This document shows, piece after piece, positions 8,573 through 18,058 of a DNA stretch of 64,000 nucleotides. Within the stretch, counting starts at the first letter, position 1; every line of letters begins with the position of its first letter. Origin of the DNA: an uncultured Planctomycetaceae bacterium (GTDB lineage Bacteria > Planctomycetota > Planctomycetia > Isosphaerales > Isosphaeraceae); contig CAWIAD010000001.1 in NCBI GenBank assembly GCA_963833985.1, forward strand, positions 2,464,001 through 2,528,000, in the 5' to 3' direction. A program made the translations under genes and the position numbers. Below the pieces are notes generated by a model. It saw only the letters and a list, made by a program, of their open reading frames with translations. It had not been told where the DNA came from and did no database searches.

Positions 8573-9960
8573 TCATGAGCTATCGAGAATGGGAATGCGT
8601 TGACGTTCTTCGTGCCCGGGTCGGGCGGCTCGCCAGATCGTTTGCAGGTAACCCACGCCACAGCCGGGGCAGCGGTCCTCGACCAGAACCGCGGCTGGCG
8701 GCGCAGCGGGGGACGAGGCGAGCGAGGCCGTGTCAGCCGATGCGACAATGAGCGAAACCAGGACCACCAGTATGGAAATGCCCATGCGTGACGGCGATGC
8801 CGACTCGAACTCGACCAGAGACGGCGCTGGTCCCGCCCCAGTTGGCGACTGGTCGCTGTCCGTCGAACCACGACTGTCGCCCGATGGCGGCGACTTGGTC
8901 TCTGGGGCCGCCAGCGCGCGGCACAACGCCAAGCGCTCACCGCGATCTCGGTGGGCCAAGATTCCATATTGCCGAATCCGCACCAACCCCTTGGGAATAA
9001 TGTGCATCGCGAACCGGCGCACGAATTCCACCGCGTCCAGCGTCATCTCCTTGCGTCGGCAACCGTCGGCATAGTCCTTCCAGGTGAAGGTGACCCGATC
9101 GTTCTGGAGCTTCACCAGGCGGCGATTGCTCAAGGCGACTCGGTGCGTGTACCCAGTTAAGTACTTAAGCACCTGTTCAGGTCCGCCGAAGGGTTCCTTG
9201 GCAAAGACGATCCATTCCTTCTGGTACAACGCTCGTATCAATGCCCCCCAGGCCGCCGGGCTCTTCAGGGGCAAGGTGCTCCCCGCGAACTGGAGTTGGC
9301 CGGCTTGGTAAGCCGCGCGCAAGGCCGCCAGGTACTTGCCGCGGAAAACCGGGCTGAGAACCTTGACCGACAAGAACCAGTTGGGCCGGCACGACACCCA
9401 GCGTGGTGCCTGGTCGCCAGGGTCAGTCGCGGCGTTTCCCGAGGTTTTGGCGGGGACCGCCAACCCGCCGCCGGGCACCACACAGTGAACGTGGGGATGA
9501 TGCTCGAGCTGCTGCCCCCACGTGTGCAAGACCATCAGCACCCCGATCCGTGCTCCCAGGTGCTTGGGGTCGGCCGCCACCTCCATGAGAGTCTCCTTGG
9601 CGGCGTCGAAGAGCAGCCGATACAAGAACTGGCGGTTGCCCAAGGCCAGCGCGCTGAGCTCGTGGGGCAAGGTGAAGACGACGTGGAAGTAGGGCACGGG
9701 CAGGAGGTCGGCCTGACATTTGGCCAGCCAGGCTGCCCGCTTGCTCCCACCGCACTGGGGACAGCTTCGGTTGCCGCAGGAATGATAGTGGTACCGTACC
9801 TCGCTGCAGTGATCGCACTGGGTGACGTGACCGCCCAGGGCGGCCGTGCGGCAGAGCGCCAGGTCGTGTAGCGTCTGCCGCACATGGGGGCACTGGGGCC
9901 AACGGTTCAGGAACTCGGCTCCATACCGCCGCACGAGTTGACCGAAGGTCAGGGGCTGGT
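8573..9960 (-). CDS. IS91-family transposase (start approximate)
   Basis: Zn-binding CRTAALGG...CDHC...HSCGNRSCPQC, YFHVVFTLP, LHTWG...HPHVH (HUH), YLTGYTHR, RIRQYG. Confidence 0.9.
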
Positions 9961-10803
9961 CGATGGACCCTGCGGCGGGGGCAGACGGTCGAGCGGGCTG
10001 ACCACCTGTCGCAGTCCCGCCAAGGTGACGTGCGTGTATAGAGCCGTGGTCCCGATCCGATGATGGCCCAGCAAAGCTTGAATCGTGCGGGTGTCGACTC
10101 CCGCTTCCAGGAGATGGGTGGCATGGCAGTGGCGCAGAGTGTGCGGTGTGATCCGCGGCAGGCCCGCGTCGCGGCAGGCCCGCTTGCAGGCTTTCTGCGC
10201 CGTCGCGGCGTTCAGGGGTCGATGGCGATCCTTGCCCGGAAACATCCATTCTGTCGGCCTCGTTGCACGCCAGTAGGCACGCAGTTCTTCCAGGAGTCGA
10301 GGGGAGAGTGGCACCAGCCGTTCCTTCTGTCCCTTGCCCACCACCCGCACCACCATTCGGCTGCTGTCGATCTGTGCGGCGGTCAGGTGCAAGGCTTCGC
10401 TGATCCGTAACCCGGTGGCGTAGATGGTCCGCAGTACCATCCGGACGGTCCGGTCGCGCACGGTGTCGAGGAAGAGGGCCACCTGTTGGGGTGAGCGGAC
10501 CGCCGGCAACAGTTTGGGCCGCTTGCCGTAGGGGAGCCGTGTGACCACCGTGTCACTGGGATAGGTTACCCGATAAAAGAAGCGGAGGGCGGCCACGGCC
10601 TGATTGTAGGACGACCACGAGACCTTTCTGTGGTGGAGAAGATGCAGCAGATAGCGATGGACCTGCTCGTTGTCGAGTTGATCGGGGGATTGGTTGAAGT
10701 GGCGTGCCAGCTCGCGGAGGTGGAAGACGTAAGCCTCGATGGTCTTGGGCGAGCGGTTGCGTAGCTGAAGGTCTTCGATCAAGTGTTGCCGGAGCGGAGT
10801 CAT
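9949..10803 (-). CDS. Tyrosine recombinase/site-specific integrase associated with the IS91 transposase
   Basis: LQLRNRSPKTIEAY, YATGLRISE, GKGQKER, PHTLRHCHATHLLEAG, LLGH...TALYTH. Confidence 0.92.
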   Translation of the reverse strand: MTPLRQHLIEDLQLRNRSPKTIEAYVFHLRELARHFNQSPDQLDNEQVHRYLLHLLHHRKVSWSSYNQAVAALRFFYRVTYPSDTVVTRLPYGKRPKLLPAVRSPQQVALFLDTVRDRTVRMVLRTIYATGLRISEALHLTAAQIDSSRMVVRVVGKGQKERLVPLSPRLLEELRAYWRATRPTEWMFPGKDRHRPLNAATAQKACKRACRDAGLPRITPHTLRHCHATHLLEAGVDTRTIQALLGHHRIGTTALYTHVTLAGLRQVVSPLDRLPPPQGPSTSP

Positions 10804-11015
10804 GGTGAGGATTCCCGTGGAAAGCAAGAAAATCGCGTGGTCAGACCGCCGCGACAAACATGCCACAGGAAGGGCTCTGGCGCAAATCGTCATAACCGGA
10901 ATGATCGGCACAACCGGTATCAGGTGGGGAGAGGAGGAAAAAGCGCCCCGCGAGCGAGGAAAGGGCAAGGGTCGGTAAGGTCTACCGTAAGGTTTCGTTC
11001 AACTATAGGTTTTAC

Positions 11016-11135
11016 GGGGGGGTGATTCAGCGCACTTCTTAACCAACTCGGGGGGGCGATTCAGCGCACCAGGGGGGGGGATTCAGCGTGGATAACTTCG
11101 TTAACGGACCGACTTATCCACAGGGGGTGACCGCA
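11016..11135. promoter_or_regulatory. Plasmid-type replication origin: iterons and DnaA boxes
   Basis: Three G-run-GATTCAGCG direct repeats (~11016, 11050, 11072). Perfect DnaA box TTATCCACA at 11114-11122 and an inverted 8/9 box at ~11087-11095. Lies next to the 3' end of repA. Confidence 0.7.
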
Positions 11136-11164
11136 CGCCCAATCCTGCCAGACTGAAGGTTGCC

Positions 11165-12097
11165 TTACTGATCGGGGGGGGGTGACTCGCGGAGGAGGAT
11201 GCCACCGGGAACGTCTTCGATCCTGGCGTCTGGATAAACGAGCCAGACCTTCCGTAGGACATCGCGGAACTCCCGTTTGAAGTCCTTGGAGTTTTTGTAT
11301 TCCTGGCCGAATTGCTCTCGCAGGTTCTCCCAACTCAGCATGACTCCGCCTGGCTGTCTGATCCGGCAGAGCCGGTGGGCCAGCCACGTGTAAACGTCGA
11401 GAGCAAGGGCCGAATGCTTGAGGGCCGAGAGTGCCCGATAATCGAGGGGCACCGCGTGCTGGGCCAGTGTCTCGTAGAAATCGGTCGAGAGTTCCAGGAC
11501 GCCGGGCCACAAAGTCTGCTGTTGCCCGTCGTGTTGAAACCAAGCCTCGAATCGCTTGATCGGCTTGGCATCGACCGTGACGACCTTTCCCTGGGAACTC
11601 ATCCCGATGGTTAGGCGGCAAGCGGCCAGAGCTTCCATCTGCTTCCGAAACGTAGTGTATCCGCCGCGTTCGCCGCCGTTGGTCTGAATGCCCAGTGTCT
11701 GCAAGAATTGCCGCATGCTGTCGCCCAGTTCGACGCGACGGTCTTGCGTGCGGATCGCTTCGGAACTGAGGTGGACCATGACGAGGCGGGGCGTAGTCCC
11801 GTAGGGCAACGGTTGCGGCTTCCATTCCTTGCCGGTCCACAGTTTACCGGCTTCGAGCAGGATGCTGAACGGGCCATTATGCCGCTCGAAGACGCGAGCC
11901 TCAGTTGCTCGTCGCGGCATTCCGACCTGGCACATCACGGTGTGCAGGAAGTCGGTTCGATCGGGTGGCTCGCTGAGGATTCGGTCGTAGGCTTCGACGA
12001 TTCGATCGGCCACGGGACGACGTGAACGCTTCGGGGCTTCCCTCGTCGTGAGCGAATCTTGGCTTTGGAATTGTGCTTCAGGTTCCTGTGTGGTCAC
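11165..12097 (-). CDS. repA: Plasmid replication initiator RepA (RepA_C/IncW-like)
   Basis: FLHTVMCQVGMP, LPYGTTPRL, LWPGVLELSTDFY...HAVPLD, ALDVYTWLAHRL, LREQFG. Confidence 0.85.
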   Translation of the reverse strand: MTTQEPEAQFQSQDSLTTREAPKRSRRPVADRIVEAYDRILSEPPDRTDFLHTVMCQVGMPRRATEARVFERHNGPFSILLEAGKLWTGKEWKPQPLPYGTTPRLVMVHLSSEAIRTQDRRVELGDSMRQFLQTLGIQTNGGERGGYTTFRKQMEALAACRLTIGMSSQGKVVTVDAKPIKRFEAWFQHDGQQQTLWPGVLELSTDFYETLAQHAVPLDYRALSALKHSALALDVYTWLAHRLCRIRQPGGVMLSWENLREQFGQEYKNSKDFKREFRDVLRKVWLVYPDARIEDVPGGILLRESPPPDQ

Positions 12098-12419
12098 TAT
12101 CGCAATTACGGGTTGTTACAAAATCGTCTTTCTGCATTTCCGTGATGGGCGCACTTGCGGTCACCACGGGTTCACTTGCTCGCTCGACTGCTGGACTCTC
12201 CGGTTTGAATCGCTTTTCAAGAAGTGCTCGAACCACGTCCGCCATCTGGTCGCCGTTCAAGGCACACTGGCTCTTGACCCGCTGGTGAAGTGACTTGGGT
12301 ATGTCGATCGTGAGCCGCTTCATCGGTTCATTTGAACGCGATCGGTCGGAGATCCAGTCGTCGGGCGAGGTTGGTCCAGACGTCGATGTTGGTTTGCGGC
12401 CGATGGTGATCTTCTTCAT
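12078..12419 (-). CDS. Ribbon-helix-helix partition protein (ParG-like)
   Basis: MKRLTIDIPKSLHQRVKSQC...MADVVRALL; translationally coupled to parA. Confidence 0.75.
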   Translation of the reverse strand: MKKITIGRKPTSTSGPTSPDDWISDRSRSNEPMKRLTIDIPKSLHQRVKSQCALNGDQMADVVRALLEKRFKPESPAVERASEPVVTASAPITEMQKDDFVTTRNCDSDHTGT

Positions 12420-13045
12420 GCGGCGAAAACCACGATTTCATCTACCAAGGCGAGCAGTTCCTTTCCTGCCGGGTGGTTTGGGGCCGTCTCGAAGACGGTC
12501 TGTCCCTGGGCGGCCGACTCCGCCAGGGCGACCCGCTGGCAGATCGCGGTATTCATCACCGGGATCGGATAATCGGCCAGAGCATCGACCACGTCACACC
12601 CGAGAGCCGTATTCACGATTTTGCGATTAATCGCAAAGGCGGATTTCAGGTCCGGTTTGAAGACCGTGGCCTCTTGCATGAGGTCGATAATCTCCTTCGC
12701 GGCCCAAACGTCGTAGGGCGAAGGTTGCACGGGCACCACCACCAGGTCGCTCGCCATGATCGCGGATCGGGCCACGTCGTAAACACGGGGCGGGCCGTCG
12801 ATGATCACGACGTCGTAACCTCGGGCTAGAGTTGGCAGCTCTTTGTGGAGAGATGCCCTGGGCAGTCCGGCGACGGGGAACAACGATTCACCCCGGCGAG
12901 CGGCTGCCCAATCGAGGGCCGAGCCTTGAGGGTCGGCGTCGACGAGCAGGACGCGCTGATGGCAACGGGCGAGTGCTTCGGCGACATGGATCGCGAGGGT
13001 CGTCTTACCCACGCCGCCTTTTTGGTTGAGAAAACTAACGATCAT
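12416..13045 (-). CDS. parA: ParA/ParF-type partition ATPase
   Basis: NQKGGVGKTT, VDADPQGS, IIDGPP, PVQPSPYD. Confidence 0.92.
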   Translation of the reverse strand: MIVSFLNQKGGVGKTTLAIHVAEALARCHQRVLLVDADPQGSALDWAAARRGESLFPVAGLPRASLHKELPTLARGYDVVIIDGPPRVYDVARSAIMASDLVVVPVQPSPYDVWAAKEIIDLMQEATVFKPDLKSAFAINRKIVNTALGCDVVDALADYPIPVMNTAICQRVALAESAAQGQTVFETAPNHPAGKELLALVDEIVVFAA

Positions 13046-13142
13046 TGATGCCTCTCTGAAATACGATTTTGCGGAATTGCGATTCACCGAGTAGCACGAT
13101 TTTTCGAGATGGTCAAACACGAAGTTGAAGGCAGGCGTCTTC

Positions 13143-13951
13143 TCCGAGTAGAGAGGGGACGCACAGCAAACCACCGAAGCTGGATTATCCCAATGTCCAT
13201 GAAGCGTCTGGGATAGACGCGCTCCGGGTTCCTGTGTTTTCCCCTCCCCCTCTGAAATTCCGTACGGCGGGTTTTCCCCAGTACGGCTTCAAACAGGAAT
13301 TCGACCGCGACCTTCGCCGCCCAGCGGTTAAGCAGAGCAACTTATACGCGGCCAAAGTCTCGCTCGTCTTCCACCTAAAATGGACCTTGCGGTCAAGACC
13401 TCCCCGCGAGGGGAAGCTAAGAAGGAAAATCCCCAAGACAATCCTGTCCAGAGGTCCTTGGCTCGCCAGCGGGTTATCCTGTCCCGCCGGGTCATCGCTT
13501 ACTATGACCTCATCAGCGCCTCTCCCTCCCACTCGGCAACTTATGAATTTGCTGTCGAGTCCTCCAACCCAGATGGGCGGGGAGGGAGAGGGTCCCCATT
13601 TTACTTGGCGTGTCGGTTCATGCGTGCCATCCCCAGAACCCCGGTGGACCGGTCGGCTGCACGTGGCTGTTGCTTCACCGACCGTAGTAGCCTTCGCCAT
13701 TTCCGCCGAGGCTCGGCATCCACAGCGCCACGGAAGTTGGTTCACCCGTGGACAGTGTAACGGGGCGGACAGGTTCGCTTTCGCTACGGCCCGCATGATT
13801 GCTAGCCCCTCACCAACAAAGGACGTTTACGATCAAGCTTTCGCTGGGCGAGTCACCCCAACCCAACGTCGATTATGACTACGCGGGCAAACAGCCTATT
13901 CCCGCGGCCGGACTCACACCGGCAAGACACACCACCTTATGGGCTGCAAAC
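13143..13951 (-). ncRNA. Group II intron lacking the RT ORF (internally deleted)
   Basis: Domain V GAAGCCGTACTGGGGAAAACCCGCCGTACGGAATTTC (13254-13290, minus). Domain VI stem GAGGGG...CCCCTC with a bulged A and a CTACTCG end. Intron-like D2/D3 stretch at ~13440-13520. 5' end GTTTGCAGCCC. Only ~810 nt long. Confidence 0.75.
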
Positions 13952-15011
13952 GGAAACACAGAGGTGCGGAAACACGATTTTCCGCACTCCGTTCCAGTCC
14001 ATCGCGGGCCTCGACGCCCGCTGGAACGGTTCCAGTGGGCCTATGCAGTGCATAGGGAAGACGCCTGAACCTTGAAGGGGTCTTGTCGGAGATCAAAACG
14101 CGGAAGCTCTGGCTTCCTCGACGGTAGCGATTGATCGAGGTCTTTGGGCTTGTAAAGGGACCAGGATTTCGACCGGGAGGCGGACGAATTGAACTCGCGT
14201 CTGACTGATGTCATGAGGGACCACGAAACAGCGACGATGACGAGCAGCCGAGGATGGCTGCCACCACAGCCGACGGATCGAAGTCCGATCAAAGAAAACG
14301 GGGCTGACCAAGATCGCCACGGACAACGCCGAGATCGGTTCATCCGGCACGAAACATCTAATCGTAGGGTCCGGGTATTGTCGGCCTGGAGGCATGGTGC
14401 AAAGGCCGATCGGCTGTGCCGTTGAGCGACCGACGGGAGCGACCCTGAACCGGCGAACCCTTCTTGCCTTTCTCCCTCGTATCCCCGGCGGGGACGGAAG
14501 GGGGAACAGCACGAAGCGCCGCGTACTCGCGGCCACCGCTCAAGCAAACCGGCCGGTTTCGCCCCCCATGAGACATGGGGCGAAACTGAGACGGAACAAA
14601 CATCGGCCGGAGCCCAGCGACCCACCGCCAGGCGACGAACGCGCGGCCCGGATGAACGACATGGAAGTTGGGCGTCCGGGTCGCCCGTCGCCGATCGCAC
14701 CAGTGGGATAAGCGAGGACATAGGGCAACGCGGCTCGAAGACCCCGCCTTGACTTTGGCAGCGTCCTGAGCGCGGGTCTTGAAAGCGAGAAGACGCAAGT
14801 ACGCCCGCAAGCCTTGGGTTCCGGTTAGTCAATCTCCTCCGTCTGCGGCGTTACAGACTGACGGTTGATCCCACCTGGAACCGGTAGATTCTCGAACTCT
14901 CAAGAGACTTGGCGTTTGGGGCTTGATCGAAATCGGACGGTGTGATGCGGATGTCGGCGAGAGTGAGGGCGCTGAGCATGGCACGGGCGGCACGATGGGT
15001 CGTTTGGGCCA

Positions 15012-15197
15012 TCACTCGCCTGAGGTTGGCCTACTGTTCTCACCGAGGTTCTTCGTTTTGAGTGCCTCCTCGAAGTAGGCGTATGCACGCTGGCGAGTGG
15101 CCTCGCTGTCGGGCCAGTTTTGCTGAATCTGTGCCTGCTGCAAATACGCAGTGAGCGAACACGCGTGAAAAAGATCGTCCAGGATGTCGTCGGTCAT
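15012..15197 (-). CDS. Small hypothetical protein (leading-region operon)
   Basis: 61 aa, GGAGG RBS, overlaps the upstream stop. Confidence 0.55.
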   Translation of the reverse strand: MTDDILDDLFHACSLTAYLQQAQIQQNWPDSEATRQRAYAYFEEALKTKNLGENSRPTSGE

Positions 15198-15523
15198 GTT
15201 GGCCTCCCGGTTGCCTCCGTAACGGCCTCCAGCGCCTTGCGGTACGCTTCGCCCTCCGGCCCATCAGATTCGTCGTAGTCGGCGAGCAGGTTGGCACAGA
15301 TCACGAGAGCGGCCAATAGTCTTGGGGCAGATGAAGCCAAGCGAGCGTTCGCCCCCTGGAGATCGGGCGGCGTATCCTCGTTCGTGTCGAAGATCTTGTT
15401 GCCGTCGGCATCGACGATTTCAAAGGCAGCCAGTTCTGATTCGATGCCGTCCTCACCCCGACGGATTCGGTACGGGCTGTACTCATGGCTCCAGGGTGCT
15501 GGAGAAAACTCCGGGGCCGTCAT
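15194..15523 (-). CDS. Hypothetical mobile-element protein
   Basis: SPAPW...ANARLASSAPRLLAAL, a motif common in phage and plasmid proteins; coupled operon. Confidence 0.65.
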   Translation of the reverse strand: MTAPEFSPAPWSHEYSPYRIRRGEDGIESELAAFEIVDADGNKIFDTNEDTPPDLQGANARLASSAPRLLAALVICANLLADYDESDGPEGEAYRKALEAVTEATGRPT

Positions 15524-15822
15524 GCTGCCCTCCCGGTCGCTGCGGCGATCGCCTGCTTGACTTGGGCCTGTATCTCGCAGCGGGGCTTGCCGAGTTGAGC
15601 GTCGATCCAGTCGGAGGCGGCGATCAGGGCCTCCAGCAACATCGGAGCAGCGTTCTTGTCGGCGGACCTCCTGCCAGCATCGAAGGCTGCTTTCAGTGCC
15701 TCTTCAACTTGCCAAACGGCCACATTGTAAAAGTCGAGGCTGTCCGAACGGCGGGTTGCGAGGGTCGTAATGTTGAGGTGCTCGCGAGCTATAACGGCAA
15801 GGATGGGGTCGGGTTGTGTCAT
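15520..15822 (-). CDS. DUF6900-like protein
   Basis: IAREHLNITTLATRRSDSLDFYNVAVWQVEEALKAAFDAG. Confidence 0.7.
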   Translation of the reverse strand: MTQPDPILAVIAREHLNITTLATRRSDSLDFYNVAVWQVEEALKAAFDAGRRSADKNAAPMLLEALIAASDWIDAQLGKPRCEIQAQVKQAIAAATGRAA

Positions 15823-15844
15823 GGTTAGTCCTTTCTGTTGGCGG

Positions 15845-16603
15845 TTAAGATTGTTTCTCGAAGACCATGCAGGTGTCGTGCAGGCCGGGGATGAAACCGC
15901 TGCGGTAAACTTTCCGTGAACTGCTGGCACCGTGGCTGAATCGAATGATGTCGGTGCAGCACTGCCGGAGTCCGGAGTCGAAGGCGAGACGTTTCGTGTG
16001 CCAGGTGAGAGGGACAAAGCCTTCTTCGCGGTCGCAGTAGTCACCCATCAGGATCGCCAGCTTCCCGCCACGTTTCAGGGCACGGGCGCTATTGCGGATG
16101 AACTGGCGGTATCGCGTGAGGAAATGCTCCAAAGTCGGCGAGCGCGACAGGTCGCGGGGATCGTCGGCGTAGAGCTTCTGTCGCCAGTAAGCGGGATGGG
16201 ACCAAATGAAGTCGAAGGTCTCCTCGGCGGAGAAGTCATTCGGATCGCAGGCGTCAAAGCCCTGATGGATGTCCCAGGAGAAACAGGCAAGGCCAAGTTC
16301 ATTGCAGACATCGCGGCAGGTGCCCGATCCGGCCATTGGGTCCAGAATCAAGGACGGCCGGAAATACAGCAGGAGATCCTTGATGAGGTTTCCGCCGCAG
16401 TTTCCGGGCCAACTCCGGTCTCCGTACTCACCGGCCCGGTGGAAGTGATAGAGGCTGGTCAGGTGTGGCACCGGTGATGCGTTTCGTGGTGCTTGTGGCA
16501 GCCGAGCATAGAGGGGTCGGTCACGCTCCTCAGTTCTTCTGGGCGCGACCCGTTTCAGGCGGCCGGCATAGAAGGGATTAGCGGTGTGTGTTGCGTAGCT
16601 CAT
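15845..16603 (-). CDS. Orphan DNA amino-methyltransferase
   Basis: WPGNCGG, ILDPMAGSGT (motif I), HPAYW (motif IV variant), LKRGGKLAILMGD. Confidence 0.8.
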   Translation of the reverse strand: MSYATHTANPFYAGRLKRVAPRRTEERDRPLYARLPQAPRNASPVPHLTSLYHFHRAGEYGDRSWPGNCGGNLIKDLLLYFRPSLILDPMAGSGTCRDVCNELGLACFSWDIHQGFDACDPNDFSAEETFDFIWSHPAYWRQKLYADDPRDLSRSPTLEHFLTRYRQFIRNSARALKRGGKLAILMGDYCDREEGFVPLTWHTKRLAFDSGLRQCCTDIIRFSHGASSSRKVYRSGFIPGLHDTCMVFEKQS

Positions 16604-16821
16604 GGGTTCATTCTCCTTTCGTCTTGTTGTTCGTCATTGAGTTCGTTGATGTAGTGGCGGCAAGCCTGGGCAAGAGCGAGATGAAAGTCCTCGCCATTGG
16701 CGTCGGCCCAGTGCATCGCATCGGTGAGAAAATCGACGAGGTTCGAGTGATCGTCGTCATCGGAGTACGCAGTGATCGCCTTCTGGCAGCGATCCGCCCG
16801 TTGCTGGTTACTCGGCGTCAT
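16600..16821 (-). CDS. Small hypothetical protein
   Basis: 73 aa, LVDFLTDAMHW; coupled at both ends. Confidence 0.6.
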   Translation of the reverse strand: MTPSNQQRADRCQKAITAYSDDDDHSNLVDFLTDAMHWADANGEDFHLALAQACRHYINELNDEQQDERRMNP

Positions 16822-17174
16822 GGCTGCCTCCTATCCGCAAGGTAGCCGCCGTACGCTTTCCAGGTGAAATCGTTGGTATCGACGGCAACTATGCCCGCAT
16901 TTCCTGGGCTGTGATCTTCCATTCGGTTCGTGTTCCGAACGTCGGCCAGCGAGAAGTCGTTCGACGATATCCCGAGGCTCAGATTGCCAGCGATGTTGGT
17001 GTGACAGATGCCGACGAACCGTGCGGCGGCATAGAGCGCGTCCGAGAACCGTCCATGCATAAGAACCTTGAGCTGGTCCAGCCAGGACGGCAGTGCCTCG
17101 CCGTGCCAATGAAGGTAGACCGTTGGGGACACGCGGGTCTGGTCGTAAAAGACGATACAAGCTCGATTGCCCAT
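16818..17174 (-). CDS. Hypothetical protein
   Basis: MGNRACIVF...VYLHWHG; GGAGG RBS. Confidence 0.65.
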   Translation of the reverse strand: MGNRACIVFYDQTRVSPTVYLHWHGEALPSWLDQLKVLMHGRFSDALYAAARFVGICHTNIAGNLSLGISSNDFSLADVRNTNRMEDHSPGNAGIVAVDTNDFTWKAYGGYLADRRQP

Positions 17175-17175
17175 G

Positions 17176-17460
17176 TCACGCCTCCGTTCCATCGGAACTC
17201 TCAGCGTCGAGGGTTTGTTCGTGCTCGGCGATGGCCTCTCGAAGATAGGGCTCGTACTGATCGCCTCGCCACGAGTTCTCGCCAAAGGTGATGTTGCCAA
17301 GAGCGAGCTTGTCGAGGTTGAAGACGGCAACGTGTCGTCTCTCGTCGAAGACGATGCCGAGCATTCGTCCGGCTTCCGGGTCGCGAAAGATCATGACATG
17401 GAACGGTGCGCCGGAGATGCCATTGCGATGAAGGTGGATATTCTCGATTCGAAGTCTCAT
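17176..17460 (-). CDS. Hypothetical protein
   Basis: HRNGISGAPFHV...NSWRGD; in operon. Confidence 0.6.
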   Translation of the reverse strand: MRLRIENIHLHRNGISGAPFHVMIFRDPEAGRMLGIVFDERRHVAVFNLDKLALGNITFGENSWRGDQYEPYLREAIAEHEQTLDAESSDGTEA

Positions 17461-17470
17461 GGTTGCCCCC

Positions 17471-17626
17471 TTAGTCATGGTTGCCAAGCTGGAGGCGGAG
17501 TTCCTGAAACTCGCGATCGAGGTCGTCGTAGGCCACGTCGAAGTCTGAATCGCAGCCGGCGGAAAGTTCGTCGGACAATTGATGAAAGCGGGAGGTGATG
17601 GCGACATAGTCGGAAATGGTTTGCAT
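17471..17626 (-). CDS. Small acidic hypothetical protein
   Basis: 51 aa, AAGGA RBS, D/E-rich. Confidence 0.4.
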   Translation of the reverse strand: MQTISDYVAITSRFHQLSDELSAGCDSDFDVAYDDLDREFQELRLQLGNHD

Positions 17627-17680
17627 GATCTGAATCCTTTCAAGTGGTGGGGCGGGCACCGTAGCACCCGCCCCGTTGCG

Positions 17681-17893
17681 TTAGTCTTTCTTTTCAGTGG
17701 CGACGCGGAGGGTGATCCGGCCGTCGAGCGGTACACAATCGAGCTGGATGTTGAATCCCTTTCCGTCGGCGTGTGGCCATACGCTTCCGATTCGCGTCCA
17801 GAACCCCTTCTGTCCGTCGCGGTCGCGTACCTGGTAGGCGATGTGGGTTGGGGATTTCGAGTTGGTGCCTTCGGTTGGTTTGGTGTCAGACAT
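17681..17893 (-). CDS. Small plasmid leading-region protein (putative ssDNA-binding)
   Basis: AAGGAG RBS; PTHIAYQVR...FWTRIGSVWPHADGKGFNIQLD. Confidence 0.7.
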   Translation of the reverse strand: MSDTKPTEGTNSKSPTHIAYQVRDRDGQKGFWTRIGSVWPHADGKGFNIQLDCVPLDGRITLRVATEKKD

Positions 17894-17953
17894 GGTTGGT
17901 CTCCTTCTTTGTTTTACCGGCCACGCCCATCGCGGCCTGATGGCACAGCGAAT

Positions 17954-18058
17954 AAAGCCGCCGAATGCCGGGGCACTCGCGCATCGCGACAAGCGAAAGA
18001 CGGAGGTTCCGCATCGCGGAAACCGTCTTGGCAGCTTGCGCGACCCGGTGGCGGCTTT
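17954..18058. promoter_or_regulatory. Long imperfect hairpin; putative single-strand promoter/origin (Frpo/ssi-like)
   Basis: Nested inverted repeats AAAGCCGCC/GGCGGCTTT, TCGCGCA/TGCGCGA, AAGACGG/CCGTCTT, TTCCGC/GCGGAA. Confidence 0.55.

Larger units (their letters stand above)
8245..11003 (-). mobile_element. IS91-like unit: tyrosine recombinase plus Y2/HUH transposase
   Basis: Two overlapping genes bounded by GTTGGACGAAACC (8245-8257) and GGTTTCGTTCAAC (10991-11003), a 12/13 inverted match. Boundaries are inferred. Confidence 0.65.

Noticed and set aside
11016..11095. Direct repeats as a mini-CRISPR
   Set aside because: Units are too short and irregularly spaced, there are no cas genes, and the position next to repA and DnaA boxes fits iterons
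13185..13878. 203-aa and 214-aa ORFs
   Set aside because: They are translations of the group II intron RNA and have no RT motifs
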